A stretch of DNA of 62,480 nucleotides, the filler included, from Choristocarpus tenellus KU-1152 (Eukaryota; Protista; Phaeophyceae): the NCBI GenBank assembly GCA_964200185.2. It is 11 parts of 11 records of this genome, joined end to end, with 100 filler letters (N's around TTAATTAATTAA, not from the genome) between each part and the next. Parts side by side here need not be neighbours in the genome. Positions count along the whole stretch, not along the records: positions 58,078 to 62,480 come from CAXNAD020014710.1; 10 more parts are not named here. One strand, written 5' to 3'. Shown piece by piece: positions 60,723-62,480 of this stretch (its first letter is position 1; each line of letters starts with the position of its first letter). The notes beneath the pieces were generated by a model. The model was given only the letters and a program-made list of their open reading frames with translations. It did no database searches and was not told where the DNA came from. The translations under genes were made by a program, and so were the position numbers.

Positions 60723-60979
60723 GAGTCAAAGTATCTTAGAGGGTTATGCAGCGTCCATTTAGGGGCCAAAATCCAATGTTGCTATTTTGATGTAATTTTG
60801 GCTATTGTGTTTGTTAGGAAGGGTCAATATCCTCGTTCCGAACACACTTTTTCATAACGTACACATTTTACCTACTCCGAAATATTTCGGAATAGGAAAA
60901 CGTCATAAAAACCCCGTGGGAAGCCAAGCCCAAATGGACCAACAGGGAAACATTCGTACCCGCTAAGATACTTTCACTC
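60723..60979. mobile_element. MITE family A, full length
   Basis: GAGTCAAAGTATCTTAGAGGGTT ... CGCTAAGATACTTTCACTC. Confidence 0.92.
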
Positions 60980-62460
60980 AAGAAAATAATTATACTCATA
61001 GGATTACAATGCCTATCTTTGATATACTCCCTTATATCTCAATACCACTAGTGAACTGCTGTTACATGTCTGGTTAGCTTCCCCAAACTATACTTGCAGC
61101 TCTCCATCAGTGGTGTCCATGTGTGTCCCAACACCTATTAACCGACAAGGTCAACACAGCCACCATTAGCCTATCCTCGATCATAGCAGAAACCTCCAGG
61201 GCATGAGACCTGCATCCACCTGGGCACTCACCGAGCTTCCATAGATGACATAGAAAACCTTGAAGCATCTCCTTACAAGTAACTTTAATTGTATTTTGGT
61301 AAGAGTGTCTGCTCAGTCTTATCTTCAGTAAAGGGAAAGTAGCCAATGGCCGAATCCTGTATGAACTACCTTTTTTCACAGTTGAACCTTACAAAATCTT
61401 GTTTAGCTTCAGACATGTATGACTTGATGCAAGAGGTTTCAAATAGGAACATGATATTTATGAAATCTTGAATTGTAGCATAACACCAGTAGGTTGTGTT
61501 ACATGCCTTGTGTGAGGTGATAAACCTATTGCCCGTGGTCGGACCTGTTTGGAAAGAGTGCATCTATGGTTCACTAATGTTGTGAATGGTCTACTGTTTC
61601 TAACCAGTCTGTCTCAGTCCCTAGTAGTGCTGCTCACTTTACTTGGAGGATCGAGGCTCCTCCTTCCGCACTGGTACCCCTGAATAGCTGGTTGCCTCCT
61701 CACCACTGTTAACAGATCCAGAAGCAGCAGACAGTTCGATCAACAGCTGTTCAAGCATCAACATATAGATGCAGTCAGCATTTCCACAAGGGGTGGAAGT
61801 TTGTTCAAGTAACATAAGATTTTGCTATAACCTTGTCTACGATGGAGAGTGTTGCAGTGTGTTCCTATTTATTTTAGCTTTATTACATCAATTTGTGGCT
61901 GCATTACTTCTATCATTTCTTCCTCAGATGTTGATCGTGAAGAAACTGATCACCAATTGAGACACCTTGACAGGATGGTCGAATGTGGTAATGTGCTACA
62001 CTTTGCAGGATCAGGACTTAAATGATGTGCACAAGTGCATTCCAGATACCTTGCATATTTATCAGAGCAAAAACAAAAATTGGAGCCGGGAAACAAGGGT
62101 TGCTAAAATAGGCTTCTCTAAGAGGCTGAACCCCTGGGGCTCAAGGGTTGTGCGTCTCTTTCACAAGATGGGGACAGAGGAGAGGAGGGAGCGTAGCATG
62201 ACTCTTAGCATCTCTAGAGCTGATGTTGGTACGGTTTAATCTATTTTACAAGATTTTCTATTTTTGAAAAAGTCATACGCCCTTGCGCATGAGCAAGCTA
62301 GAACTGATAGCAAACAGACAGACAGCCGGATGATTGGATGGTTGGACGGACGGATGGTCAGGAATTTCTTGGGCTTACACGATACATACTCGGAGTACAT
62401 GAGATGGACCCAAGTGGTTCATAATTGTTAGTACTATTTTTTACATACTCCGGAGTAGTT

Positions 62461-62480
62461 GGGTCAAAGTATCTGGGGGG
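62461..62480. mobile_element. MITE family B terminus at window end
   Basis: GGGTCAAAGTATCTGGGGGG. Confidence 0.75.

Noticed and set aside
58300-62300. Short ORFs in the last contig, including a PQG-containing one at 61769
   Set aside because: Too degraded to assign. Probably old TE debris.

Overview
Eukaryotic, intron-rich and transposon-rich DNA, most likely from a brown alga or close stramenopile relative. This is inferred from EsV-1-7 repeats, one-LRR-per-72-nt exons and brown-algal-style non-LTR and mariner remnants. The window is not a continuous locus. It is 11 contigs joined by ten artificial 100-nt linkers (44 N + TTAATTAATTAA + 44 N), so adjacency across linkers is not biological. 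Host genes I can read: a complete 3-exon urate oxidase ending in -SKL, four exons of UPF1, the 3' end of a DHHC palmitoyltransferase, a response-regulator receiver exon, an EsV-1-7 repeat gene, and an LRR gene built from an N-cap exon plus five exact 72-nt phase-1 exons. Mobile DNA dominates. There is a spliced Sola2-like DDD transposase carrying a SAP-like and possible Tudor-like modules, and a decayed Sola1-like transposase. About 24 copies of two related MITE families share a TIR core and a subterminal motif, and family A has GAG...CTC ends with 4-bp TSDs, so the MITEs are plausibly Sola-mobilised. Also present are a composite foldback element, a Gypsy 5' half, a mariner remnant, LINE remnants, a head-to-tail cluster of RLE-type non-LTR elements and a candidate Crypton-like tyrosine recombinase pseudogene. 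MITE copies show two-strand CpG decay, which suggests past 5mC methylation. All family assignments come from recognising motifs by eye; no searches were run.
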